Positions 9,880 through 23,197 are shown, counted from the first letter of the stretch. The stretch is 64,000 nt of DNA from an uncultured delta proteobacterium (GCA_963789395.1 CAWBKP010000024.1:96001-160000); one strand, 5' to 3'. The notes: generated from the sequence alone by a model not told the origin. Numbers and translations are program-made.

Positions 9880-11628
9880 CCAGTTCCTCTTCGATTTTCT
9901 GAAGCCGCAATATTCCGGCATAATAGCCGTTTAATGCCATCAATTCGGCATGCGAACCCGATTCCCGAATACGCCCCTGGTCCAGCACCAGAATCAGATC
10001 GGCGGTTTTAAGGGCCGATAGCCGGTGAGAGACGATGCACAGCGAGCAGTTCCCGGCCCTTGCCCGAAGGGCCTGTAACATGGCATTTCCGGTTTCCGTG
10101 TCCACCTGGCTGATGGGGTCATCCAGTATGAGAAGCGCCGGGGACTGGATCAGGCATCTGGCAAGGGCGATCCGCTGTTTCTGGCCTCCGGACAGGATCA
10201 CGCCTTTTTCGCCCACGACCGTATCCAGTCCATGGGGAAACGCCTGAATGGTATCCAGGAGCGAGGCCTCACTGGCGGCCTGGGTGATGTCCGCGTCGCT
10301 GAACCGCGGATCGCCGAATGCAATATTGTCCCGGATGGTTCCGGCAAATAGAAACGGCTCCTGGGGCATGAGTGCGATCCGGGACCGAAGCTCCTGCAGG
10401 GGATAGTCGCGGATATCGATCCGATTCAGTCGGATTGCGCCGCTGCTGACATCATACAGCCTGGGAATCAGGCTCAGCAGCGTGGTCTTGCCGCTGCCCG
10501 GAGGACCGGCAATCCCCAGAATCTTGCCGGGTTCCAGAGTGAAATGAATGTCTGCCAGAGCAGGCTGAAGATCCGATTGATAGGAAAAATGCACCCGATC
10601 AAATTCCAGCGTGCCGTTCGAAGGCCGGATGCCGGATGCCGTCAGTTGTGCGTTGTCTGTCTTGTCCGCAATATCCGGCAGTCTTTCCATGATCCGGTTG
10701 ATCCGGTCCAGAGAGGCCTTGCCGCGCTGAATCAGATTGGTTACCCATCCCATGGCCATCATGGGCCAGGTCAAAAGCCCCAGATAGCTGATAAAGGCCA
10801 CAAAATCTCCCGGCGTGATCTGAGCCAGTATGGTATGACGGCCACCCAGAAACAGAAGGAGCGCCAGGCTGACGTTTGACAGGAATATCATCATGGATGT
10901 CAGGGCACCGGTGACTTGCACCAGACGAATGTTTTGGCGGACATACGCACGGGAAACACCATCAATGCGGGCGGTTTCAAGAGGTTCGGTATGATGGGCC
11001 TTGACGATGCGTATTCCGGTAAAGCGTTCCCGGACCGCTTCGGTAAGATTCGAAAATGCCGCCTGTACGTCCTGATAGCGCTGATGCATTTTCCTGCTGA
11101 AAAACCGGGTCCCGATAACGATCAACGGCATGGGAATCAGGACAACCAGGGTAAGCTGTACATGAATATAGGCCATAAAGCCGATGGCCGCGGCTCCCAT
11201 GATGATCGAGTCCGTAAGTGCCACCATGCCCATCCCGACGGCCATCCGCAGATGCTGAATATCGTTTGTTGCATGGGCCATGAGATCTCCGGTTTTGACA
11301 TGATCGAAATACCGGGCGGAAAGCGTCTGTAAATGAAAAAAAAGCCGGTTCCTCAGCCCTTCTTCCACTTCCCTGGCCATGCCGATCAAACAACGCCGCC
11401 ACACATAGCGAAAGGCGCCCATGGCAAGGGCGATTCCCACAATCTCAAAGCCGTACACCAGAAGTCCGGTTGGGGTGATTGCAAATGCTGTCAGATCGTC
11501 AATCACCCATTTGATTATCCGGGGGATCACCAGTTGTAAAAAATCCACAAGAATCAGGCAGGAGATTCCCGTTGCAATGATCAGGCGATTCTTCCGGAAA
11601 TAAGGCAGGATCAGCTGGAACGATTTCA
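9854..11628 (-). CDS. ABC exporter permease/ATPase, heterodimer subunit 1 (MdlA/YheI-like)
   Basis: TGDLMAHATND, GPPGSGKT, LSGGQKQR, degenerate Walker B LILDD. Confidence 0.9.
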
Positions 11629-11782
11629 TCTTTCGACTATAAAACAATTTGCGCCAAAGTCAATTCGAATGGTTCCGAACGAAAAGAACCAATTGATTCT
11701 CCGTACCGGCATCTTATTGTCAGCAAATGACTTCAAACGGCAATTCGATCGGGGCAATAAAAAGGCAGTAACCGGGGCGTCT

Positions 11783-14748
11783 TCAGTTGGTTATGACTTC
11801 AGCCGGCATGGTTGAATTGTCCTTGTCAAGTACCTCGCGGATTTTGGAAGAAATACGATAAATATCAAATGGCTTTTGAATAAAACTGTTGCATCCCAGC
11901 TTTGAAATCCGGGCGGCATCCTCGGACAGGCTGTATCCGCTGGAAACAAGTACTTTCATCCCGGGCTGGATTTGGTTCAAAGGTTAAACGTTTCACTGCC
12001 ATTCATTTCGGGCATGATCATGTCGAGAATCGTCAAGTGAATTTCATTCTTTCTTTTCCATGAATACTTCAATAGCTTCTTTACCGCTTCTGGCTGAAAT
12101 GACCTTGTAATTCAAGTTGTTAAGCATCTCGGTACCAACCTCTATCATAACAGCTTCATCATCGACAAGCAGTATGGTCTCATCTCCCTTGAACAGTTTT
12201 TCCTGCAGTGGTTGCTATTTCTTTTTGGGCGGCTTTTGCAGAGATTGGAAGATGAATGATAAAATTACTGCCATGGCCTATTTCGCTCTCGACATCGATA
12301 AAACCGCCATGAGATTTAACAATGCCATAGGCTGAGGCCAGACCAAGGCCTGTTCCCCGCCCCATCTCCTTGGTTGTGAAAAAAGGCTCGAAAATCCTTT
12401 GTTTCGTTTTCTCATCCATCCCGATGCCGGTGTCTTTCACACTGATTCTGACATATTTGCCGGGTGTGTAATAACTGTTTTGAGTTTCGGTTTCTTCAAG
12501 GATGCAGTTTTGGGTTTCAATATGAATGCGCCCTCCTCCCGGCATGGCTTGTGAGGCGTTGAGATAAAGATTAAGAAGAACCTGCTCAATTTGCCCCTGA
12601 TCAACTTCAACCGTCCAGAGGTTGGGTTCCAGATGGTGGTTATCGGCAACCTCTTTTTTTGTACGGCCAAACATTCGAGAACTTTTTATGATCAGTTCAT
12701 TCATGTTGGCAGGCGTGATCTCGTATTTCCCCCCCCTTGCAAATCCCAGCAATTGTCTGGTAAGGTCCGCACCGCGAATCACATAGTGCTCAATATTCTT
12801 CAGTTTTTCGTAATGATAGTGACTTGGATCGGTTTTTAACATCATCAGGGAAGTATAACCCTGAATGCCCATCAGCAGATTGTTAAAATCATGGGCGATG
12901 CCGCCGGCAAGTGTTCCGACCGCTTCCATCTTTTGGGCCTGTATGAGCTGTTTCTCAAGCTCCATTCTTTTGGTTTCCGCCAATTCTTTTTCTTCTATTA
13001 GCTCCCATAGTCGACGGTTTGAATCCCATAATTCCATTTCCGATTTTTTAAGCTCAGTGATATCTCTGAAAGTACCCACAACGCCAGTGACATTTCCATC
13101 AGAATCGATATTCGGCGCGCCGCTCATGTGAAACAGTCGTTCTGAGCCATCTTTGTGCAATATCGAGCCGTAAAAATCGTACCATTCTTTGTTTTTGATC
13201 CCTGATTTGATTAAAGACATGGATAAATCGTTTCGATATCTTCTTTTTTTACGAAATCGATAAATCGTTTTCCTTCCACATCTTCTTTCCGATGCCCCAG
13301 GATTCTTTCCCAGGCAGGATTGACATAAGAAAACCTTCCATTGGCGTTAATCGTATAAATGATATCCGGGGCATTTTCAGTGAGGGCTCTGAACTGCTGC
13401 TCTCTGTTCCGGATCAATTCGTAAAATCTGGCATTATTGATGCTGATTCCAAGCTGGGGGGCGATGCCTAAAAATAGATTGATATCACTCTGATTCAGCG
13501 GTCGTTTCGAGTGATGGTTATCCACGGCCAGAATGCCTTCGGACCGGCCTTCATAGACAATCGGAACACAAATAAAAGATTTGACATTTAGTTTTCTAAC
13601 AAATTCGCGGCTTCTTTCCGAAATATCTTTCGAGGAGTTTCATTAAAGTCGTTTATTAAAAAAGGTTTTTGCTGTTTAAAGGAAACGATAAATGGTCCTC
13701 TGGATTTCGGATTGTCCAGATGAAACTCTGTGTTTTTTAACAGAGCTTCTTCATCCGGGGTGTATCCATAGCCAACTCTATAAACCAGACGGGTTCTATC
13801 CTTATTAGCAAGCATGATCAATCCACGATCAAAATTCAATCGCTTGTCAACTGTTTCCATCGTGAATTTAAGGAGTTTGTCAATATCCAGAATACTGGAG
13901 GCTGCCTGTCCGATTTCCTGAACCAGCATGGCATTGTTATATCTTGCATTGATCTCATCCAGAAGATTATTGCCGAATTGCCGTGATCTTTAAAAATTGA
14001 CGAAAGTTCTCTTTTTTCCAGATGAACCTGATACAAGGATATGCCCATCACAGCCAGAATCAACTGACAAGATGGCTATAGATACTGTAACTGCTCGGAA
14101 GGGTGAAAAAAAAGAATGGGACAGATGATTAAACAGAGAAGGTAGCTGTAAGTTCGATATTCTTTTCCAGATAAACGAAGGTGTGGACTTCCAGGTGATC
14201 CTGTAAACACAACGGTCACCGGAAATATGCATACAGGTTGTATGTTCAATCTCAGCCAATTCATTTGTGAATAGCTTGGCGATCCCTTCAAACATTCCCA
14301 GCCGATTTTCGACACTGGTAGGGCTTTTCTGTTACACCGGGATTCTGAATAGCTGTGACTTCGACTTGATTGTGTCCGATTTTTCTGGTTTCTAAAGATG
14401 AACCCTTGACTCATATGGGGATAATATTTCCTGAGAGCGTATAGGCAGCTGATGGAGTAATAAATCCCAGTGCGTATTGAGATACATTTCCTGCTGCTTT
14501 AGAAAAAGGCGTGAATTGCCCGAGCTTTTCTGGCAATATCTTGGATCTCCTGACGTCTTTACAAGAATTTCATAAAACCGATCAACCTGCGTTTGAGTCA
14601 GCCAGTGTCCCTCATCCTCAAGCTGGTAGGTGGTAATTCCGGCAGTAATCAAGAATCGGCATGTATATTCAGATCGGGAAGATATACGGCTTATATATTC
14701 AACGAAGCTTTTGATGATTCTCGAATTATATAAGGGGATGTCTTCCAT
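11783..14748 (-). CDS. Membrane hybrid sensor histidine kinase: V4R/H-NOX-like N-terminus, TM, GAF, 2xPAS, HisKA, HATPase, REC; multiple indels
   Basis: Collinear fragments: [91 protein letters not shown]...VLVSSGYS. Confidence 0.85.
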
Positions 14749-14787
14749 TTTTCATCAATCCAGATGTGACTGCTGTCAGTTCGTACT

Positions 14788-16848
14788 TCATTCTGAATTT
14801 TTTTTGCACATAATCCATGAATTGATTCGATATAACGCATATCTCGTGATCCAAAGCTGGTATTGTTTTTCATAGGAAATACAGGATGCTTTGATGATTG
14901 ATGGCAGGATAAAGGAGGAGAGTGATCTTGTCAAGGTTATACACTCTTCCCAATTTTGGCACTGCAAGAGAAAGCAATTCCGGTGGCAGCCTCCCGAGGA
15001 TTCGTAATCAGCACTTTGATACAATTCAGAAGATTTGACATATTAATCGCTATATCGGATTGATCAACGATAAAAACAGCTTTAAGATAATTCTGATATA
15101 ATCAACGAATAAATCCGCCATTTTCTTAAAAAACCAAGGCGTTCGAAAATTTTCTCCAAAGACTCATTGCCAGGGATCAGATTTTCCCGGGACGCAGGAT
15201 ATTCAGCAAAAGACCTCCGGAGTGATGCTTATAAAATTGTTCCAATTCCCATAAATCAAGAGGTGTGCTTTCCCTTAATCATCCATTCCTGGGGAAGGTC
15301 CTTCTTAGGAGAAGTGGCAGGAAAGTGTCAGATATGTAAAAAGATCCAATGAACAAGCTTGAGGGTTGTTAATATCCCTTGCGAATCCTCCAAAGACACG
15401 GTCGGGGAATTTATTTTCAGGTCGGAAATACAGAGATAACATAATCCATTTGTGCCGAAGAGAATTGATACATGCCATGTAAAAAAAGCATCATTTGCCG
15501 TAATACAGCAAAACCGGCAAGCTTATTTTCATTTGGTCTGGAAGCATGATGTTGAATGAGCCAGGTGCGTTCATAGGCTCTGATCATGGATATATGTCCG
15601 CAAATCCGTCCGTTTTTGTTGTAGGTAATGTGCCTGGCAATTTCAGGATTTTCCTGATAGAGTTTCCGATAAGTTTCGATGAATTTCTTGCGATGTGCTT
15701 GGAAAAAACCATATTTTTCGGGATAAATGAATCCCGCCTGGAAAAAGAATTCCCAGAGGGCATCCATATCAACCTTTGTTGAGACAGAGATTTTAGGGTC
15801 TGTGTTTATACCGAGAAGGTGATTGATGCGACTGTATGAATGAATATCCATATCCAGAATGGCAACGCCATACTGGATATCTTTCTCTTCCATCCGCCTG
15901 TAGATGATCTGCGCGGTGCAATTGGCAATGAAGATGCCAGCAAGAAGAATGGAAAGATCAGGAATCATCATGCCCGGCATGAATATCTCATCATCCGGTT
16001 TGTCGCGGATGGAAAAGCCAGTTGAAGAAATGTCAAAGATATCTCTTTGAATTTTTTTCTTTATAAAAGGATGGTCAAATACTGCGGTCAGGGGTGGGTT
16101 AATTTGACGTCGGGGGTTGCGAATTTTTTTTGCTGGAAAGCGGCTAATATGCAGGCTTTCCGAAGCAAATACGATTTCCTTTGATATATCATGATCATCT
16201 TGCCAGCGGATACATCTGCAAGACTCGGAATAAATTGTTGTCTCATTCGAAAAGAAGGCGAATAGAAACAGGAACATCTGGATTGAACCAGCAATGATGT
16301 TGAAGTGTTTCCGAGCCTGTTTTGATGCGAAATGCCGTGGAACTGAAGTCTATCAACTCGCCTGTGACTACAAAATCACTTTGTATCAATACGGCTGTTA
16401 CGCCACTGCAAGGATATCTCTGGGACTGGCGTTGATTCAAAGCATGGCTTCTCTCGGGCAATTCGATGGTGAAGCTGTCATTGTCACTCCACAACAGGCT
16501 AAAAGGAACGATGATCATGTGTGGATTGGAGATGATGACAAGACAAAGGGGATGGTGTGATTTTAATTTGTATTGAAAATAGGATTCATCCCATCGGCAG
16601 GTCAATTGATTGCCGAGACAAGGTTCAGGGTGGGCTTTTACGAGCAGGCTGTTTTGATAGACCGGATGTTTCAAGAGAATAAACAGCGGGCTACCAATGA
16701 AATGATGATGATTGATGATATTGATCAGTTTCTTCTGATCGATGGCCTTTGCGGCCTCGAAAGTCCTGAACAGGTCAGCATGCTGAAAAAATCGTGGGGG
16801 AGTGAATTGGTTTTCCTTACAGCGATTCTCATTGGCTTCACTATCCAC
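14788..16848 (-). CDS. Tandem PilZ-domain protein with C-terminal acyltransferase/GNAT-like region, about 690 aa; multiple indels
   Basis: RQSQRY...LIDFSSTAF and RNPRR...FDISSTGF PilZ-like motifs; C-terminal LWEFFFQAGFIYPEK, GHISMIRAYERTWLIQHHA, YFRPENKFPDRVFGGF, SNLLN across frames. Confidence 0.7.
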
Positions 16849-16909
16849 GCGAATGAATTTCCTCTCTCATTGAACTCTTTGAATCTTTTTGGATCTGTGA
16901 TAATTAGCC

Positions 16910-16938
16910 TATATACAAATACAACGCTTGTGTGTCAA
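16910..16938 (-). promoter_or_regulatory. Putative sigma70 promoter for the PilZ-kinase operon
   Basis: Minus strand TTGACA-17 bp-TATATA. Confidence 0.4.
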
Positions 16939-16948
16939 GATAATTAAA

Positions 16949-16964
16949 CCACAAGATATTGTGG
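16949..16964. promoter_or_regulatory. Palindromic operator CCACAAGATATTGTGG (NrdR-box-like)
   Basis: Perfect 6-bp arms CCACAA/TTGTGG in a divergent intergenic region. Confidence 0.45.
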
Positions 16965-17073
16965 ATATACTGCCAATTCCTGTTATTGAATCTCAGAATG
17001 CCTGATTATTTCGAAATGCTTCGATCTATTCATTAATCTGCTTGGTATGATTTGACAAGTTTTGAAAGAAGTG

Positions 17074-17924
17074 ATGGAATCCCACAGACAATTACTGAAG
17101 ACGTCTGATTTTTATTTAATGGAAAATGCGGAGGAAGCATTCAGGCTTGAGATCAAGACTGACCCGGAAGCGGTTCGACAACAGGCCCTCTGGTGCGGTG
17201 TCAAGCCTGGATTGCGCGTGCTTGATCTCGGGTGCGGCTCCGGGAAAACAACAGCGATTCTTCATGAAATGGTTCAGCCGGGAGGAAGCGCTGCCGGCAT
17301 TGATTTTTCAGCGGATCGTATCGCTTACGCAAAAAAGCATCATGGCCAATTGCCTGGAATTGAATTTTCCGTCTGTAATTTTATGGAGCCGTTATCGGGG
17401 ATCGGTCAATTTGATCTTGATTTGGGTTCGATTCGTCCTGGAGTATTTTCTGGCTGAAAGTCAGGCCATTGTTGAAAATATCAGTCACGCTCTGAAACCG
17501 GGCGGTGTACTCTGCTTGCTTGATCTCGATTATAATTGTCTCAGCCATTATCAGTTGCCCCCGATGATTGAAAATCTTCTGCCAAGGCTCATGAAGCGTC
17601 TGGAAGAAAACTTCGACTTCGACGTCTACGCCGGTCGAAAACTCTATTCATATTTGTACGATCAGGGGTATCAGGATATCCGGGTCAACCTTGTGGCGCA
17701 TCATTTGTTTTACGGTGAGATAAAGGCCGGCGATGTTTATAACTGGATGAAGAAGATCGAGGTCAACGCAGACCGTTTCAGGGATTTATTCGATGAGTAT
17801 CCCGGCGGAAGTGACGTCTTTTATGCATGATTTCAATCAATTTTTAATTGACCCCCGGCGGTTTACCTATACGCCTTTAATCCTTTGCAAGGGGCTGAAG
17901 CCCCGGGATGCTTCAGCAGGATAG
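17074..17924 (+). CDS. Class I SAM-dependent methyltransferase (two indels)
   Basis: YLMENAEEAFRLEIKTD, VLDLGCGSG, WVRFVLEY, LKPGG, DLDYNCLSHY; last segment DPRRFTYTPLILCKG in shifted frame. Confidence 0.85.
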
Positions 17925-18000
17925 GGGGCTGAAATCCCTATTCTGCTCTTTTATTGCCGGCAAATTCATTGGCTCAATAACCAATCATCCGGATGGAGCG

Positions 18001-18582
18001 ATGACATCATTTCAAAAACTGCTGCTCACTGAACCGCATGTCTGTCCCTGGTGGCTCGCCTATACATTCGACAATCCATTTCGAAGGCTTTTTCATAAAC
18101 CGGAGACGATTTTCAGCCCTTATCTTAAAAAAGGGATGACCGCAGTGGATCTGGGATGTGGCATGGGATATTTTTCCATCGGCATGGCCCGGATGGTCGG
18201 AGATACCGGAAAGGTCATTTCCGTGGATATTCAACAGAAAATGCTGGATATTCTTGAGAAGCGGGCATCAAAAGCAGGTGTGGGGCAGCGGATTCATACC
18301 CATTGTGCTACCCCGAATAACATCGGTCTGCCCCGTCAATCCGATGGAATCGATCTGGCGCTGACTTTCTGGATGGTGCATGAGACCCCGAACATCGAAA
18401 ACTTTGTTGCCGAGGTTTATTCTCTCATTAAGCCCGGCGGGAAATACCTTCTGGCGGAACCCAAAGGCCATGTCACTCCGGCGCATTTCCAGCGCATCAC
18501 GGACTCTGCCGTTTATGCAGGGTTTCATGTTCTGAACCATCCCCGAATTGCCCTGAGCCATGCCGCCTGGTTTCAAAAATGA
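18001..18582 (+). CDS. Class I SAM-dependent methyltransferase
   Basis: HVCPWW...NPFRRLFH, VDLGCGMGYF, FWMVHE, IKPGG..AEPKGHV. Confidence 0.9.
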   Translation: MTSFQKLLLTEPHVCPWWLAYTFDNPFRRLFHKPETIFSPYLKKGMTAVDLGCGMGYFSIGMARMVGDTGKVISVDIQQKMLDILEKRASKAGVGQRIHTHCATPNNIGLPRQSDGIDLALTFWMVHETPNIENFVAEVYSLIKPGGKYLLAEPKGHVTPAHFQRITDSAVYAGFHVLNHPRIALSHAAWFQK

Positions 18583-18590
18583 ATAAACGC

Positions 18591-18640
18591 GGGCCGGAAG
18601 CATTTCGGCCCATCGTGCTGGTTTCCGGCATTTGCCGGAA
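18591..18640. terminator. Two adjacent hairpins between convergent genes
   Basis: GGGCCG..CGGCCC and TTCCGGCA-TT-TGCCGGAA. Confidence 0.4.
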
Positions 18641-18709
18641 TGGCGGTATCTGATAACTGCCATATCTTGGGGCGGCAGGTAATATGTGTCATGCCCGATT
18701 CCGAGTCCA

Positions 18710-21700
18710 TCAATGATGCATATGTGAATTTATCCGTTTATGATCTTCCCGAATCAGATTCAGCAGCTCTTCGGCGGATATTCTGCCGGCAATGTCCCCG
18801 CCTTGCAGCAGGGCTCCGGCCAGATTCCGCTTGCGCTGATGCAGGGCGATGATTTTTTCCTCTATGGTGTTCCGGGCGACCAGCCGATACACGGTCACCG
18901 GCCGCTGCTGGCCGATGCGGTGGGCACGGTCGGAAGCCTGGGCTTCCACGGCCGGGTTCCACCAGGGATCCATGTGAATGACGTAATCGGCCGCAGTCAG
19001 GTTCAAGCCAAGCCCCCCTGCTTTCAAGCTGATTAAAAAAACATCTCCGTCACCGGCCTGAAACGCGTCGATTTCTTTTTTTCGATCCCGCATCGCGGTT
19101 CTGCCATCCAGGTAGCGATATCGAATCCGTTTATGATCCAGAAGTTCGCGGATAAGGGTCAGATATCCTACAAACTGGCTGAATACCAGCACCTTGTGAT
19201 TGTTTTCAAGCAGATCCGACACCAGCTTTTCGAAAAGATCCAGCTTGGCGCTCGGAATATTGCTGGCAGGCTGAACCAGCCTGGTATGGCAGCAGGCCTG
19301 ACGAAGTTTGGCGATTTCGGCGAACACGCGGAACTGATAATCCCGTTCTGTGGTGGTTCGGCCGGTTTCGATCTGTTTCAGGGCATTTTTCCGAAGAGAT
19401 TCATAAAAAGCCGCTTCTCCGGGATAAAGGTCCACCTGAAGCATGATTTCCGTCAGGGGGGGAAGCTCCGTCAGAACCTGAGCCTTCATCCGCCGCAGCA
19501 TAAAAGGTTGAATGATTTTTTTAAGTCGATCTCGAGCCGCTGGGTCCTGTTGCCTTTCAATGGGATCTGTAAATGTGGTGAAAAAATGCCGGGCAGATCC
19601 CAGCAGTCCGGGATTGATAAAATTAAACAGGGTAAAGAGCTCTCCCAGACGGTTTTCAATCGGTGTTCCGGTGGTGATGATTTTGAATTTGCCTTTCAGG
19701 GTCATGGCAGCCCGAGACCGTTTTGTCTTCAGGTTTTTAATCACCTGAGCCTCGTCCAGGACAACCGTTTCCCAGATTTTAGAAGACAAAATATCGGATG
19801 CAAGCGTCAGCAGCCCATAGCTGGCCACCAGGACATCGTGGGGTTTGATCTCCTGAACGGCTTTTTCTCGGTGGTGATCTTCCAGTCGAACCACATTCAG
19901 CGTGGGCGCAAACCGGTGAATTTCATCATACCAGTTCAAGCAGACAGAGGCAGGGGCGATCACCAGAGAAGGGCCGTTCGGCGCCCGCTCAAGAAGAATC
20001 GCAAGCACCTGGATGGTTTTCCCCAGTCCCATGTCATCCGCCAGACACGCCCCGACCCCCCAGAAGGATAGGCGGGACAGCCAGGTGTAGCCTTCTATCT
20101 GGTATTTTCGAAGCGTTGTCTTCAGACCCCCGGGAATTTGAGGAACATGTGCGCTGACGCCCCTGATGCGGCCAAGCAGGGTTTGCCATGTTTCGTCAAC
20201 TTCCAGGTGTGTCAGATTCTTTGTGATGCCATCCATCGTCAAAGCGGCAGCCGGATGAAACCGAAGCGTCCGATTCTTGACCTCTGTAAGGGCGCCAATA
20301 GCTTTCAGCTGGTTTATCAGATCCGCTGTCAATGCCAGAAACTGATCCGATCCAAGCGGTAAGAATCGCTTGTGCATTTGTGGAATCATGGCAACCAGAT
20401 CTTTTAATTCAAGGATCATGGTGTCATCCCCAACCAGTTCTCCACTGATTTCAAACCAGCCTGATTTGCCCTTTATCCGCACCCGAAGATCTGAAAGCGA
20501 CATTTCCCGGGAGATGCGCAGTTTTTCACCTTCGGGCCATTCCACAATTACACGGCTCTGTTGCTGAAGGGTATTGAGCTCAAAAAGAATTTCCAGAAAA
20601 ACATGCGGATCGGCAATCAACCATTGCCAGTCGGGGTGCGGAAACTGTGCAAGGGTGGGGCAAGCAGCCGTGACATTGACGGCGTTTTCCAATTCCAGGG
20701 ACAGGTTTCGCTGCAACTGATACGACTGCCCGCCGATATCGGTGATAATCCTTTCAGCGCCTTCTCCGGGTTTCAGTTTGATCCCGCTTTGCGTGAACGG
20801 CTGAACAAAAATAGCAATCCTGAATCCGGATGAACACGATGTCAGATGAATATGCGGCAGTGGATCCGGGTCGATCTCAATCATGGATGCATCGGCTCCG
20901 CCGATGTCCGAGTGCACCACAATCACGGAGGACATAGCGGCAATGGCCTTTAAAACGTCATTTCTGGCTGAAACGGGGATAAAAAGCCCGTTATTGCCGA
21001 TAATGTCGGCAATCCGCTGCTGTTCGGCGCTGAGGCGGACAATGCTCAGGCGGCCGGGAGGCTCATGTGTCACGGCAATGCGATGTTCGATCATTTTCGG
21101 GGAGAAAGACACGACGAACGATGAGTTCAGGGATTCTACAAGGACTTTAGGTTCTCCCCTGACAATTTCAATCGGAAACGCCGGTTGATCGGCCAGAAAA
21201 ACCAGCGGGTGGCCAATCAGCGCCGGAAGTGCCTTGTCCCAGTCAATAAAATACCGGAACACGCGGGCATTGTGTTTAACTTTTTCTATACTGGAACAAA
21301 GAATCTGATCTTGCCGGGTCATATATTCCAGTTGCGGATTGTTGAATAACCGGCCCAGTGGAAGGACTCTTCCCGGAGACCAGGTTCCGGAAGCCGAGCG
21401 TTTCTGCTCCCTGGGAATGAGTTCAAGATGCCGATCCTCCAGCCGGATCATCCATGTCAGGCGAAGCGCTCCGGGTTTGATACGGTTTTGCGATGGGGAA
21501 CTCAGAGAATAGGTAAGGGCATGAAGGCGTGTTTTCCATGGTTCATCCGGTTCGATAATGGTCAAAAGCGAGTGAATGCCACATTCTGCCTGCATGCGAC
21601 GTACGTAATCCGTTCGGTCCTTATCCGGTGAATGCGCAGAATTCAATAATGCCGCGCATTCCAAAGCCAGCCAGTGAAGTCCGGCTTTTTTTGCCCGGGT

Positions 21701-22961
21701 GAAAAGCTGGGACACCCGCTCACGGGAAGCCGGATCCAGGGAACGGGCAATGCCATATTCAGAAAGGGCAAAAAAATACGCTGTCAGCGGATTTTTTCCA
21801 GGCCGGATTCCGGAAAGGATCATTGGCGGCAGCTTCGATTTCAAATTTCTGGATAAAACAGATGGCTTGCATCAACGCAAAAAGGGAGTTCAGATCTTTT
21901 CCATGAAACCGGTTGGATCGGGCAGATTTAAGGGCGGCATCCATTTGATCAAACAGAGAACTTCCCGCCTGTTTTAAAAGCGCCAGAAGATAGAAAATAC
22001 CTGCCAGGCCCTTAAAATATTCGCTCTTGTTTTTAGTCAATTTCCGCAGCTGATACAAATCTGTCTCAAACTGTTGCACAGCGGTTTTCCCGTCACCTTC
22101 CAGAAGAAAAGCCCATCCCGAAAATCCGCTCAGGAGCGGCGATACGGCAGTTCCTGCAAGAAGCTTTCTAACGGTGGTGATTTGACCGCCTAGGAGCAGT
22201 CGCGGGATAAGGTGGGTATAAAATTCCGCCCGGTCGCTGTCGGGCAGGAGTTCGAGAAACGCCGGACTGATGCTGTAAGCCAGCGCATCGGTATCCGAAT
22301 CCAGAGAAGACAGGGTATGTGAAAAGATGGCGGTCAAGGCGAAGATCTGAATATCAATCGGCAGGCGGCTGAACCAGCGGCGGTCAAATGGATTCTGAAA
22401 CACACGAACAAAGGGATCCACGAAACCGGAATCCTGAGCATACTGGAAAATCAGTTGCTGGTGGCATTCCCGGATAAGCGGCAAGTTCAGCGAATAAATG
22501 CCGATGCGTAAATCACGCACCAGGCGATGGCGATGCTGTTCTGAGCCTGCCGGATAGCGGTAATAATCAGAAAATGGCATGATATCATGAACCGCATCGA
22601 CCAGGTCCTGAAAATATGTCGAATCCGGACGTTCGGCAGCCTGCCGGATAGCTATTTCCATGAAATCTGAATGGCACTGGAACCGGTCCGTCAGAAGATG
22701 TAATTCTTGAAGGTGCTGTAATAACAGACTGATGTCTTTTAAAGATACAATCCGGGGATACCGGGTTGCCAGACATGTCCTGCGAAAACAACTGTAAACA
22801 ACCGGGGCGGTCGTGGGTTCATAGATCACGGCGCACAGGTGAATCAGGGACTGTTCCAGGGCGGGAAGATCCTGATAAACACCCCAAAGGTTATTCCGGA
22901 CAAGTTCTTGCTCGAACATGAAATACCTCTCAAATGATTTTTTCATTACAGCCGCACGCAA
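18710..22961 (-). CDS. SNF2-family helicase/ATPase with long N-terminal region (frameshift near 21800)
   Basis: LADDMGLGKT, LDEAQ, TGTPIEN, FSQF, SLKAGGLGLNLT, DPWWNP, DRAHRIGQ; upstream 400-aa ORF overlaps in another frame. Confidence 0.9.
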
Positions 22962-23197
22962 TACCTGTCAACTCAAAAGGCTTGACAGGTATTTCATCCG
23001 TGGTTCATTATCGAGACAGGTGCACTGCGGTTCCATTTTGAATTCCCGTGCTTATTTTCTTTAATAAGTCCTGATTCCTGATTCTGTAGCGATGCAGCAA
23101 GTGAAATCTGCATAGGGTCAGTATTTTCAAGGCAGTGTTGTCTTTGAGGGAAATGTCCTGAAAAACGGTATTTTCAGTTGAAAAAGGAGAATATGCC

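Noticed and set aside
18710..22961. SNF2 helicase as part of an anti-phage defence system
   Set aside because: No nuclease, DNA methyltransferase or other defence partner adjacent; the neighbouring methyltransferases look like small-molecule types
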